DNA from: an uncultured bacterium
GTDB taxonomy: Bacteria > Chlamydiota > Chlamydiia > Chlamydiales > SM23-39
Direction: 5' to 3'
DNA: 64,000 bases
Assembly: GCA_963716985.1 (NCBI GenBank)
Contig: OY970323.1
Coordinates: forward strand, 1,472,001-1,536,000
Shown: piece by piece, positions 24,155 through 34,491 of the stretch
How positions within the stretch are numbered: position 1 is the first letter of the stretch
Layout: each line of letters begins with the position of its first letter
Translations under genes and position numbers: made by a program
Notes under the pieces: generated by a model
The model's database searches: none
Told to the model about the DNA's origin: nothing
What the model saw: the letters and a program-made list of their open reading frames with translations, nothing else

Positions 24155-25261
24155 TTAAAAATCAAACCCCAAGCCGAAATTTGCTCCGTAAAGAATCCAG
24201 GCTTCAGAGAAAATAGAACCAGCCCCGAAAGCGCCTGCCAACCCATCATCCGTCTGATCCCACCAATAATTTGCTTCCCAAGAGACGTCCAAAGAAACGG
24301 CTCTTTTGTCATGATCAAACCATTTCTTCCACTGAAGGCCCAAAAGCAGCTGCAAAGAAGTTTTGAGATCGTAGAAAGCATCTCTGAATTCAAAATTGAA
24401 GGCAGGGCCTGTTTGGGTAGTAGAGAAAGTGACGTTTTGACCCACGTCCTGCTTCAAACTCACTCTTCCACATAAAAGCGATGCGGCAAGAGTGCCAAAC
24501 AGATCAAGGCCGCTTTTTCCCAATCGAAAATAGGCAGTCGATCCGACAAGAGGACCCAAACCCCAAAAATGATGGTGAATCACATTGGTAGCATCGGGAG
24601 AAATTCCGCTCATTCCAACAGGCAAACCGCCGTCCAAGTGATTTCGGTATCCATTTCTGAGCAGCAGGCATCGAGCTGCTATAAAAGGCTTGTATGTGAA
24701 GTAATTGAGCAGGCTGAGATTGGTTGAGAGCTCCAGATCCAAAGTGTTGTAATTGATATGGGACGCAGAAGAATAGGTTGTGCCGAAAAGGTCAAAAAAC
24801 GGATCTTCTATCCCTGCCTGCTTTGCAATGGCAGAGGTTGATCTGTTATGATAATAGGTCCACAGAAAACTTATGTTCCAATCCAAAGGAGTTGAAAATC
24901 CCACTTCCATGCGGATGCCGGGTTTCCATTTAGGTTCCCCTCGAACTCCCTTAATTCCCACATTTCTTGGATTCGACATGATATCGTCTACACCAGCAAA
25001 TCCCCAATCATTGCCTTGCCCTCTCCAACAGAGAAAGTCTACGTTCAAATAGCCGCAATGAGAGTTTCTCGTTCCTCGACTCTTTTTCAATTCTTGAATC
25101 GCGTCTTCCGCCTTTCGAAGACGCGTTGAAGTAGAAAGCGTCATTCCAAGCGATGCTTTTTCATCGGATTGGAACATCGAAATTTCCCTCATCTCTTCCG
25201 AGGAAAAAAGTTCTCCCGACAAACTCAAAGCAATCAGTAATAAACATGCAAAAAACTTCAT
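24155..25261 (-). CDS. MOMP-like (Lpg1974-type) outer-membrane porin
   Basis: Signal peptide; DFLCW, WKPGIRMEVG, FWGLGP, WEANYWW; C-terminal GFDF. Confidence 0.75.
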   Translation of the reverse strand: MKFFACLLLIALSLSGELFSSEEMREISMFQSDEKASLGMTLSTSTRLRKAEDAIQELKKSRGTRNSHCGYLNVDFLCWRGQGNDWGFAGVDDIMSNPRNVGIKGVRGEPKWKPGIRMEVGFSTPLDWNISFLWTYYHNRSTSAIAKQAGIEDPFFDLFGTTYSSASHINYNTLDLELSTNLSLLNYFTYKPFIAARCLLLRNGYRNHLDGGLPVGMSGISPDATNVIHHHFWGLGPLVGSTAYFRLGKSGLDLFGTLAASLLCGRVSLKQDVGQNVTFSTTQTGPAFNFEFRDAFYDLKTSLQLLLGLQWKKWFDHDKRAVSLDVSWEANYWWDQTDDGLAGAFGAGSIFSEAWILYGANFGLGFDF

Positions 25262-25507
25262 AGAATTTTTCCTTCAGTTTTAGGAATCCGCATTTTTCAA
25301 ATAACTCTTTCACTTCATACATCCAAAAACAAGATAAAATCTACAAAAAAAAAGATCCGCTTCAAAAACATGCTGCCATGAACACGAGTGAAAAACCTGA
25401 TCATTTTGCTGCACAAGTTTTCAACCATTTAATGTTGGGACACGTAACAAAAATGTGGGTAACGATCAGGCGAAAAACAGTGCGATATGGCCCATTATGT
25501 TTGGAAG

Positions 25508-27159
25508 TGTTAGCGTTTTATTGAAATGTCCTCTTTTTGCGTTTTATTGAAATGTCCGCATTTAGAGGAATAGCAACATTGTTACTTCTTTATAAGAATA
25601 ATTTTAACATTTCTTTATTAAAAAATCCAGGTCTTTTCAAGGGGAGAGCGCGAGAGGGTTTCCCTCTCGCCTCCCTCTTTAAATGATTATCTAGAGCCCA
25701 ACCGAAGGGCGGGAGCAAAGGTGCTCGGCAATTTCCCCTCCTCCCTTATTCAAACTGAGGGACTCTTTTAGCAAGCGAGCTTATGTTTATTTGAAAAGCC
25801 TCTGGGTCCTCGCTTCCAAGGATGTCGACGACTTGGGCGATAACGGCAGCGCTCTTTTCGTTCAGCCAACTTCACTATCAATTCTTTTGCACTAACCACT
25901 TCTGTTTGTGCTTGCATTTTGTGGTGTGGTACTGCTGTGAGTTGTTTACCTCGATATTCGATGAAAACAACTCCGTCTTTTGTCTCCAAAACGGTAACCT
26001 CGGCATTTCTCAGAACGTATTCGTGACAAGGTGCTATCACTTGATAAATCACATTGTCGTATTGTAGAGTTAGATTTTTGGACAATCTGCGATTGGCCTT
26101 GAGGCAAAATATCTTGTCTAGGTTGTATGAGGGTAATAAGGGTTTATGCGCGTTGCTCGGATCTTTCGGTGCTTTGGCGAATTTTTGATTAAACTTGAGT
26201 AGAAATGATGGTAAAAATGCATTTGCAGCCTCGATGTCGCAGATCTTGGCTATACGCATCGCTTTGATCAATCGATTCTGAAAGTCCCGATTGCGCCTTT
26301 CAACGCGCCCTTTTGCCTGTGGTGAATTGGCGCAGATCAGTGTTATGTCCAGCTCTTCCATGGCTCTGCCGAATTGAGTTCTTCCATCTCCAGTTAAAGC
26401 GCCTTCATGGTTCACTCGAAAAACACTATGTTTGTCCGGATAAAACGCCTCTGGTCTACCATGCTTTTCAATGTATTCTCGGGTTGCCTGGAAGTAGTCA
26501 AATGTATTTTCAGATTTCACAAATTTCAAATGCATTGTCTTACTCGTTGCATCATCGATGAATACCAGGAGAGTGCATCGCGGTCCCCGGCCTTCGAACC
26601 AGTCGTGCTCCGAGCCGTCGAGCTGAATGAGCTCGCCCATTTTTGATCGTCTCTGTCTCAATGGATGTACTTTCAATTCCCGGATTTCATTTGGATGCCA
26701 CAGGCCATTTTCGATCATCACTCTACGCACTGCGCTAACCGAAAATTTCGCCGCTCCGCTTTCAATCAAATACTCATGGGCCAGGGTGGGACCAAAATCG
26801 CGATGGTCTTCCTGCTTGAAGAACTCTAAAATTTGAGCCTTTTTTTCTTGAGAAAGCCGGCGATTGCCTGGAACTCCCACTTTCCTGGAAACGATCCCTT
26901 TTGGGCCTTCAACCCTCAATCTCTTCAATAAACGCCTAAACTGCCTGGGACTTATTCCTAAACTCCGGGCGCCTTTTGATTGCTTTAACCGGCCTTCTTT
27001 GACAGCTGTAAAAACTTCTAATCTCGTTAATTCCCTGAAACTCATTGACATACGCTCCTCCATTTGATCGCCTCCTCATTGGTAATCAACAACTTGTGAT
27101 TACCAGAAAGAGGACATTTCTAAAAAACGGAAAGCGGACATTTTAAAAAAACGCTAATA
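25508..27159 (-). mobile_element. IS1202-type (ISNCY, IS481-related) insertion sequence
   Basis: Ends TGTTAGCGTTTT / TATTAGCGTTTT with doubled ..AAATGTCC subterminal repeats; 15-bp duplication CATTATGTTTGGAAG at 25493-25507 and 27160-27174. Confidence 0.88.
25768..27063 (-). CDS. ISNCY/IS1202 DDE transposase
   Basis: FGPTLAHEYL, GELIQLDGSEHDWFE, IDDAT, YPDKHSVF, SPQAKGRVER, HPW tail. Confidence 0.93.
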   Translation of the reverse strand: MEERMSMSFRELTRLEVFTAVKEGRLKQSKGARSLGISPRQFRRLLKRLRVEGPKGIVSRKVGVPGNRRLSQEKKAQILEFFKQEDHRDFGPTLAHEYLIESGAAKFSVSAVRRVMIENGLWHPNEIRELKVHPLRQRRSKMGELIQLDGSEHDWFEGRGPRCTLLVFIDDATSKTMHLKFVKSENTFDYFQATREYIEKHGRPEAFYPDKHSVFRVNHEGALTGDGRTQFGRAMEELDITLICANSPQAKGRVERRNRDFQNRLIKAMRIAKICDIEAANAFLPSFLLKFNQKFAKAPKDPSNAHKPLLPSYNLDKIFCLKANRRLSKNLTLQYDNVIYQVIAPCHEYVLRNAEVTVLETKDGVVFIEYRGKQLTAVPHHKMQAQTEVVSAKELIVKLAERKERCRYRPSRRHPWKRGPRGFSNKHKLAC

Positions 27160-27226
27160 CATTATGTTTGGAAGTGACAAGAAATCAAAAAAAAAGTTAT
27201 ACGGGAAAGAGATCGCGAAGTTGCTT

Positions 27227-30200
27227 ATGATAAAAAAGCTCCCGGGAATTTTTATATTCTTTCTCCTTATCACGCGCCCATTTCAACTCCATGCTATTAT
27301 ACCTAATACAGACTGGATAGGGACATCATGCGACCTAATCTTTCCTACAAACTGGACCTCTGGCGTTCCAGACTCCGGCACCAACGCCAATTTTGGCACT
27401 TCCTCTTGCTATGGCCCCTCCGGAGGTGCTTTTCCCATTAGTGCTTATTCTTTGACTTTTACCGGAAACAACAATTATACCTTCGGTATTACTAACGCGT
27501 TCGATGTGTATGCGGGAGGTATCGTTATCGTTCCTCCCCTCCCTCCCAATATAATTTTCAACATTTCTGGCGTACTAAATTTTCATAATTGTTCTTTGGA
27601 TGCAATCGAAATTCAGGTCCATTCTTCTGGGACTCTTCGGGGAACAATGGGCGGAAGTAATGCTACGGTCTCCCTAGGCCTAAGCGGCAACGGCAACCTC
27701 ATACTTGATGGAGAGTCAACTTTTGGCTTCTTATCGAGCGGTTCTGTCGGTGACTCAATAAAGTTAAATGGGAATCTGATCGCTGTGGGATACCTTGGCT
27801 TTGCCTCAACAATCCTTGGAACTATTTCTGACGGGACAGTAGCGGGAGGCCAATTTGTCAAAGTTGGGAATGGAACGTTAACTCTTGCGGGTACGAATAC
27901 TTATACCGGAGATACAACTATCTCTGGAGGAACCCTTCAAGTTGTAGCTACTGGCAACATACCCGACTCTGGATTCATCAGCTTCGTAGGAGGGGATGTT
28001 CTAGATACAACAACGGGCGTTACCATTCCAAATTTCATATTTTTATACACAAACGGAACAATCAATGTGGAGAGCGGCACAACAACCTTGAGCAAACCCA
28101 TCGCGGACGGAGGGGATAACTCTTCTCTTAGCAAAACAGGAGATGGAACTTTGGTTCTTTCTAATTCCAATACTTATAGCGGAGGCACCAACTTCCTTGG
28201 CGGGATCATCAAGGTTTCGGCTGCTAACAATATACCGAATAGAGGAACGATCACATTCAATGGCGGACAAGTACTGAATACGACAACAGGTGGTTTTATA
28301 ATTCCTAATCACATCACTTTAACTACGATCGGAAGGATCCAGGTGGATAGCGGCACAACAACTTTGAGCGGGACAATCGATGGACCCAGTGCTTTGGAAA
28401 AAACGGGAAACGGAACCTTGGCTCTTTCCGGTACGAATAGTTATGGTGGAGGTACCGGTATCTTTGCAGGAAACCTGCAAGTCTCCGCTGTGAACAACAT
28501 AGCGCCCTCCGGAGTCATCGTTTTCAGCTTCGGGAATATCCTGGATACTACGACAGGTGATTTTACTATTCCTAACGATATGTCAGGAACAAATGTCACT
28601 ATTAATGTGAATAGCAACACAACAACTTTAAGCGGGCAAATCACCGGGACTGGCTTTTCTCTTACAAAAACGGGAAATGGAACTTTGGCGCTTTCCAATA
28701 ACTCGAATAACTATACCGGGGGCACAAATATCAACGGAGGAACCCTGCAGGTCTCAGCTGCCGGTATTATCCCAAGTGGTAGCGGAACCATCACATTCAC
28801 CGGCCCATCGACCCTGGCCCTAGATACAAGGTTGGGCGGCTTTACCATTCCTAACGCGATCACTTTAACTGCGAATGGATCGGTCGATGGGAATACCGCC
28901 AACGTAGGAATTTTGAGCGGGCAAATCACCGGAGTTGGCTTTTCTCTTACAAAAACGGGAAGTGGAACTTTGGCGCTTTCCAATAACACGAATAGCTATA
29001 ACGGAGGCACAAATATCAACGGGGGAGCCCTGCAAGTCTCCGCTAATAACGTTATTCCAAATATTGGAATTGGAACAACGATTACCTTTACCGGCCCATC
29101 GACACTGGCCCTAGATACAGGGTTGGTCGGCCTTAACATTCCTAACGCTATCACTTTAACTGCGAATGGATCGGTCAATGTAAATAGCACCAACAACATA
29201 GCAACTTTGAGCGGAGCAATCGGTGGAGCCGGCTCTCTTACAAAAACGGAAAGTGGAACTTTGTTACTTACCCATTCGAATAGTTATGGCGGGGGCACAA
29301 ATATCAATGGCGGAACCCTGCAGGTCTCGAGTGGCGGCAGAATACCCATCACTGGAAACATCACTTTCACGAGCCCATCGACTCTGGATACACTGTCAGG
29401 TAATTTTGATATTCCTAATGACATAACTTTAACTGCGAGCGGAACATTTAATGTAAATAACAATTCAGTAGATTTGAACGGAAATATCTCTGGAGCAGGA
29501 GCTCTTACAAAAACGGGACTTGCGTCTTTGTCTCTTTCTGGCTCAAATACCTATCTTGGGGGCACAAGTATCAATGGCGGAATCCTTGAGGTTTCATCTG
29601 ACGGCAACATATCGCCCTTTGGAATCATCACTTTTAATGGCGGGCAAAAGCTGGATACAACGACAGGTAACCTTGCTATTCCCAATGATATAGATTTAAT
29701 TACGAGCGGAATTGTCAACGTGGATAGCAACACAACAACTTTGGGAGGGTCTATCACCGGAGCCGGAGCTCTTACAAAAACGGGAAATGGAACTTTGACA
29801 CTTTCCGGTGCAAATAGTTATTTGGGAGACACTATCGTATCGGCAGGAACTTTGCAGGGAGATTCTTCCAGTTTGCAGGGCGCAATTTTAAATAATGCCT
29901 CTGTTGTTTTCAACCAGACAACCCCTGGCTCCTATACAGGCAATATGTCGGGAAACGGATCTCTTACAAAAACGGGAAATGGAACTTTGACACTTTCCAA
30001 TAACACGAATAGCTATAACGGAGGCACAAATATCAACGGGGGAACCCTGCAAGTCCCAGGTGCTAACGTTATTCCAAATACCGGAACGATCACGTTCACC
30101 GGCCCATCGACCCTGGCCCTAGATACAAGGTTGGGCGGCTTTACCATTCCTAACGCGATCACTTTAACTGCGAATGGATCGGTCGATGGGAATACCGCCA

Positions 30201-32917
30201 ACGTAGGAATTTTGAGCGGGCAAATCACCGGAGTTGGCTTTTCTCTTACAAAAACGGGAAGCGGAACTTTGGCCCTTTCCAATAACACGAATAGCTATAA
30301 CGGGGGCACAAATATCAACGGGGGAACCCTGCAAGTCCCAGCTGCTAACGTTATTCCAAATATTGGAATTGGAACAACGATTACCTTTACCGGCCCATCG
30401 ACACTGGCCCTAGATACAGGGTTGGGCGGCTTTACCATTCCTAACGCTATCACTTTTACTGCGAATGGGTCGGTCGATGTGAATACCGGCAACGTAGGAA
30501 TTTTGAGTGGGCAAATCACCGGAGGCGGCTTTTCTCTTACAAAAACGGGAAACGGCACTTTGGCCCTTTCCAATAACACGAATAGCTATAACGGGGGCAC
30601 AAATATCAACGGGGGAACCCTGCAAGTCCCAGCTGCTAACGTTATTCCAAATACCGGAACGATCACGTTCACCGGCCCATCGACCCTGGCCCTAGATACA
30701 GGGTTGGGCGGCTTTGCCATTCCTAACGCGATCACTTTAACTGCGAATGGATCGGTCAATGTGAATACCGGCAACGCAGGAATTTTGAGTGGGCAAATCA
30801 CCGGAGTTGGCTTTTCTCTTACAAAAACGGGAAGCGGAACTTTGGCCCTTTCCAATAACACGAATAGCTATAACGGGGGCACAAATATCATCGGAGGAAT
30901 CCTGCAAGTCTCTGCATCTAACATCATTCCGACAAGCGGAACCATCACCCTTAGTGCGCCCGGCCCTAATGAACTGGATACCCAAAATGGGGGGATTTTG
31001 ATTCCTAATCCCATTGTATTATCCTTGGGAGCAACCGTGAACGTGAATGCAAATACAACAACTCTTAGCGGAGCGATTAATGGCGGCGGCGGTCTCCTAG
31101 TCACCGGAGGCGGTAAGCTGGTACTTTCGGGGACAAACAGTTATTCCGGGGGAACGACAATATCCGGTGTTTCTACCCTTGAGGGAACTACCTCGAGTTT
31201 ACAGGGAGCAATTACCGATAATGGCGAACTTTTTTTTAATCAGTCTACTTCCGGTACCTTCAACGGTACTGTTTCAGGACTCGGTTTTTTTGAAAAATTT
31301 GGCAGTGGGACGGTTACCCTTACAGGAGCCAATAGCTCGGGGTTTGCCATTATATTCAATGGTGGACTCAAGGTAAATGGGACTTTCTCTTCTACGACTA
31401 CTTTCGATGTCGAAGCGGGAACAACTCTAAGTGGTGTGGGAACCATCACGGCAAATCCCATTCTTATCAATGGAAATTTGCAGCCCGGAAATTCTATAGG
31501 GACAATGAACATGGCGGGGCCCGTTACTTTGGGCTCGTCTTCCAATTATCTGGTGGAATTCAATGGAACCAATTGCGATCTTTTAAACGTTACAGGAAGC
31601 GTTACGATTCAACCGGGCGCCTCTGTTACACTGCAAGTTGATCAAATTGTTGCCAATAGTACTGTTTACCCGATTATTACGGCAACAAGCCCCATCTCGG
31701 GCACATTTACGACGTTCAATAACCCCTCTCATTTTTTAAATGCACAGCTCTCTTACTCCGCCAACCAGGTACTTTTATTGTTAAGCAGAAAGAGCTTTGC
31801 ATCTATTCTTCCTAATAATGCTCCATCTAATGCGATTGCTGTAGGCCTTGCCTTAGAGCAGGTAAATCCTTCAGGCGGCAGCGATCTTGACAATATCGTA
31901 AATCTTTTGATGATGTCGACAAGTTCAGATGTGATCATCCACGATCTTTTGCAGATGCAACCCTCCCAGCTCAAAGCCCTTGGCGTTTCCGCAACCAATA
32001 CAACAATGCAAATGCATTCGATGATTGCAGACCATGCAAACTCCTATTTAAAAACGCGCTGTTCGTTGTGGGGTAGAAAAAAGTGGGAAGTTTGGACCGA
32101 TGTGTTTGGAAACTTCTCTCATCAATCAAAGCTGAGAGGAGAGATGGGATTTCATGATGAGACAGGGGGCTTTTTAATCGGGATCGATGCCTGTCCTGTA
32201 AAAAATCTGTGTGTTGGCATCGCTACCGCCTATACCCTCACCCATCTGGCATGGAACGAAAATCCCTCCAAAGCAAATATCCAAAATGGCTATGGCATTC
32301 TTTATGCCAGCTGGTATTCTAGCCATTTCTTTGTGACATCTTCACTCACTGCCGCCTATGACCACACCCAAGCAAATCGCAGTATTATCCTGTTCACAAG
32401 CGATCTCAACCGCACGGCCAAAAGCTCTTTTTCCGGCATAGAAGCGAGCAGCTTTATAGAGATGGACGGCATCTTCCAACAAGGCAGTTTTCAATTCCTC
32501 CCTTTTGCCTCTCTCCATTATTGCTACTTGCATCAAAACCATTTTAACGAAAAAGGAGCAATAGGCCTCAACTTGAAAGTGGACGAGGCAAATGCAGACC
32601 TTCTTCGCAGCGAGGCGGGATTAAAAGTTTCTTATTGCCACAGGATCAAAGACCGCGAATGGATCCCAAAGCTTGGCATTTCAGTGGTTGAGGAAAACCG
32701 TTTTAAAGGCAAATATTATCACGCGGAATTTTTAGAAAATCCCGGCGTCTTTTTTACCGTCAAGGGTCTGCGTCCCAACCATACACTTGTCTCTCCAAAG
32801 GCAAGTGTCCAGCTAAAGAAGGGAGAGCACCTTTCCTGGGTTTTGGCATATGAAGGGGAATTTGGATGGAAATACCATAATAACAGAGCCCATTTTTTCA
32901 TGAATTATTCCTTCTAG
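27227..32917 (+). CDS. Large autotransporter with beta-strand passenger repeats (open frame begins 27164)
   Basis: Signal-like MIKKLPGIFIFFLL; many LTKTGxGTLxLS.N.Y.GGT.I.GGTLQV repeats; C-terminal beta-barrel ending YSF. Confidence 0.9.
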   Translation: MIKKLPGIFIFFLLITRPFQLHAIIPNTDWIGTSCDLIFPTNWTSGVPDSGTNANFGTSSCYGPSGGAFPISAYSLTFTGNNNYTFGITNAFDVYAGGIVIVPPLPPNIIFNISGVLNFHNCSLDAIEIQVHSSGTLRGTMGGSNATVSLGLSGNGNLILDGESTFGFLSSGSVGDSIKLNGNLIAVGYLGFASTILGTISDGTVAGGQFVKVGNGTLTLAGTNTYTGDTTISGGTLQVVATGNIPDSGFISFVGGDVLDTTTGVTIPNFIFLYTNGTINVESGTTTLSKPIADGGDNSSLSKTGDGTLVLSNSNTYSGGTNFLGGIIKVSAANNIPNRGTITFNGGQVLNTTTGGFIIPNHITLTTIGRIQVDSGTTTLSGTIDGPSALEKTGNGTLALSGTNSYGGGTGIFAGNLQVSAVNNIAPSGVIVFSFGNILDTTTGDFTIPNDMSGTNVTINVNSNTTTLSGQITGTGFSLTKTGNGTLALSNNSNNYTGGTNINGGTLQVSAAGIIPSGSGTITFTGPSTLALDTRLGGFTIPNAITLTANGSVDGNTANVGILSGQITGVGFSLTKTGSGTLALSNNTNSYNGGTNINGGALQVSANNVIPNIGIGTTITFTGPSTLALDTGLVGLNIPNAITLTANGSVNVNSTNNIATLSGAIGGAGSLTKTESGTLLLTHSNSYGGGTNINGGTLQVSSGGRIPITGNITFTSPSTLDTLSGNFDIPNDITLTASGTFNVNNNSVDLNGNISGAGALTKTGLASLSLSGSNTYLGGTSINGGILEVSSDGNISPFGIITFNGGQKLDTTTGNLAIPNDIDLITSGIVNVDSNTTTLGGSITGAGALTKTGNGTLTLSGANSYLGDTIVSAGTLQGDSSSLQGAILNNASVVFNQTTPGSYTGNMSGNGSLTKTGNGTLTLSNNTNSYNGGTNINGGTLQVPGANVIPNTGTITFTGPSTLALDTRLGGFTIPNAITLTANGSVDGNTANVGILSGQITGVGFSLTKTGSGTLALSNNTNSYNGGTNINGGTLQVPAANVIPNIGIGTTITFTGPSTLALDTGLGGFTIPNAITFTANGSVDVNTGNVGILSGQITGGGFSLTKTGNGTLALSNNTNSYNGGTNINGGTLQVPAANVIPNTGTITFTGPSTLALDTGLGGFAIPNAITLTANGSVNVNTGNAGILSGQITGVGFSLTKTGSGTLALSNNTNSYNGGTNIIGGILQVSASNIIPTSGTITLSAPGPNELDTQNGGILIPNPIVLSLGATVNVNANTTTLSGAINGGGGLLVTGGGKLVLSGTNSYSGGTTISGVSTLEGTTSSLQGAITDNGELFFNQSTSGTFNGTVSGLGFFEKFGSGTVTLTGANSSGFAIIFNGGLKVNGTFSSTTTFDVEAGTTLSGVGTITANPILINGNLQPGNSIGTMNMAGPVTLGSSSNYLVEFNGTNCDLLNVTGSVTIQPGASVTLQVDQIVANSTVYPIITATSPISGTFTTFNNPSHFLNAQLSYSANQVLLLLSRKSFASILPNNAPSNAIAVGLALEQVNPSGGSDLDNIVNLLMMSTSSDVIIHDLLQMQPSQLKALGVSATNTTMQMHSMIADHANSYLKTRCSLWGRKKWEVWTDVFGNFSHQSKLRGEMGFHDETGGFLIGIDACPVKNLCVGIATAYTLTHLAWNENPSKANIQNGYGILYASWYSSHFFVTSSLTAAYDHTQANRSIILFTSDLNRTAKSSFSGIEASSFIEMDGIFQQGSFQFLPFASLHYCYLHQNHFNEKGAIGLNLKVDEANADLLRSEAGLKVSYCHRIKDREWIPKLGISVVEENRFKGKYYHAEFLENPGVFFTVKGLRPNHTLVSPKASVQLKKGEHLSWVLAYEGEFGWKYHNNRAHFFMNYSF
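28650..30900 (+). repeat. Near-identical intragenic repeats, ~282-291 bp units
   Basis: CTTACAAAAACGGGAA.TGGAACTTTGGC.CTTTCCAATAAC..GAATA.CTATA recurs near 28661, 28946, 29963, 30245, 30536 and 30818. Confidence 0.85.
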
Positions 32918-33195
32918 TGTTCCAGAAAGTATCAGAGATCTTTTCTTCCGCTCGCAACCGCGGCTCCTGAAAAATCTTTCTTTTCTGATCATTAGTGAAT
33001 CCGCCATTCTTGCCGCTTCAAGCGTGAGACAACTATTACGCCGGGTAAAAAATATTTTTTACATTATCGGAAACAAACCTCCTCATGTTTTATAAAATTA
33101 TAATTTTACAAGCGCTCTATTGCAAAATACTTGTTTCTCTTGATAAGATCACTTAATTTAATAAAGAATTTTAAGCAAACAGCAGGGTTTTTAAA

Positions 33196-33936
33196 ATGAC
33201 TACAGCAACTCGTCCCTTCGAAAGTTCTATAAGATGCCGATATGCGGAAATGGAGGCCATGTCCGACAAGAAGCCCCCATTGTTCAAATTACTCGGAAGA
33301 TCTCATGAATTTTTCGTCGAGCCGTCTCCCGAAAGACAAAAAAACTTCATGGTCGCAGAAGAAATCCGACAACATGTGAAGAGCTTAGAGATTTTTTCTG
33401 AAAATTTCCCGGCAAGATATTATGCCGAACATGAGTATTCTTTTCCGGACTTTCTAGACAGGTTTTCAAACCCGCATTGGTATCTTGCAGCCAATCAACG
33501 TGCAAAATGTTGGATTTTATTTAAGGGAAATTCAAGCGCAGCAATACCTGATTTTGAAGATCTGGCAAAGACTGTTGAGGCTGCCCGATGCGGAAATTGT
33601 TTTGAAATGAGCATTGTAAGCTATCTTTATGCATTGAAACAATATGGGGAAAGCTTTCATTTCTCCCTAACGGGTCTTGGAAATCATGTTTTCCTAATTG
33701 TCGGCTCTCCCAGAAAAGAGGCAGCTACAGCGATCCTGCGGGACGATGACTTCATTTGCGACACCTGGGCAGGATCTATCTTTCCTGCGTCTAATCCTGA
33801 GTATTTGATGGATTTTGTGGGTAATATAACCTCTCAATCCATCGACCTTTTCAAGCTGACCTTTGTAACGCATTGGACAAATCCCTTTGTTTTCCGCGGC
33901 TCGAAATATCAAGAGCTTCCCGCGCAGCGGACTTAA
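33196..33936 (+). CDS. Putative Cys-His-Asp (papain/transglutaminase-like) effector, paralog 1
   Basis: CGNCFEMS, NHVFLIVG, ICDTWAG. Confidence 0.7.
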   Translation: MTTATRPFESSIRCRYAEMEAMSDKKPPLFKLLGRSHEFFVEPSPERQKNFMVAEEIRQHVKSLEIFSENFPARYYAEHEYSFPDFLDRFSNPHWYLAANQRAKCWILFKGNSSAAIPDFEDLAKTVEAARCGNCFEMSIVSYLYALKQYGESFHFSLTGLGNHVFLIVGSPRKEAATAILRDDDFICDTWAGSIFPASNPEYLMDFVGNITSQSIDLFKLTFVTHWTNPFVFRGSKYQELPAQRT

Positions 33937-33976
33937 AACATCTCTGCGAAAAGGTATAAAAACTCACAGAAAAAAG

Positions 33977-34180
33977 ATGACACAGACAATGCAAATACCC
34001 GGTGTTATCGATCCGGGTAGCCGAACAACGGGAATAGCCATCGTGCGAGAAAATGGAGAGAAGCAAATAGTCCTTTCTTTGATGAAATTGATCCATCGCG
34101 CATCCGGCTACTTTAACATTCAAATGGCTTTTGAGGTTGTACAGGGCGTTCACTTCAAAGATCATTTCCCTTTCTTTTAA
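33977..34180 (+). pseudogene. iscB: iscB relic: RuvC-I segment fused to the C-terminal segment
   Basis: IDPGSRTTGIAIVRE...KLIHR joined to RASGYFNIQ...VVQGV. Confidence 0.7.
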
Positions 34181-34491
34181 TACCACCGCAAGGCCAAAAC
34201 ATTTCCAACCAAACAGAGGAGATGAGTTCCCGGGAGATTGCCAAGGATTACGTTCTCTAACAAAAAAAATTAAAAGTCCTTGATTAACAGTGACTTGGCC
34301 TTTTCCTTGGGAAACTTGCGCTTCATTTATTACCTTCTGGTAATTAAAATATTTAATTACAAAAGGTGGGTATTTTAAAAAACGTCAACAATCTAAATAT
34401 TTTAATTGAATTAATACATTATTTATTATATAATAATATAAAATAAAGTTTCCGGTTAATTAAAATCAAAAATAACCAATAGGAGAAAAAA

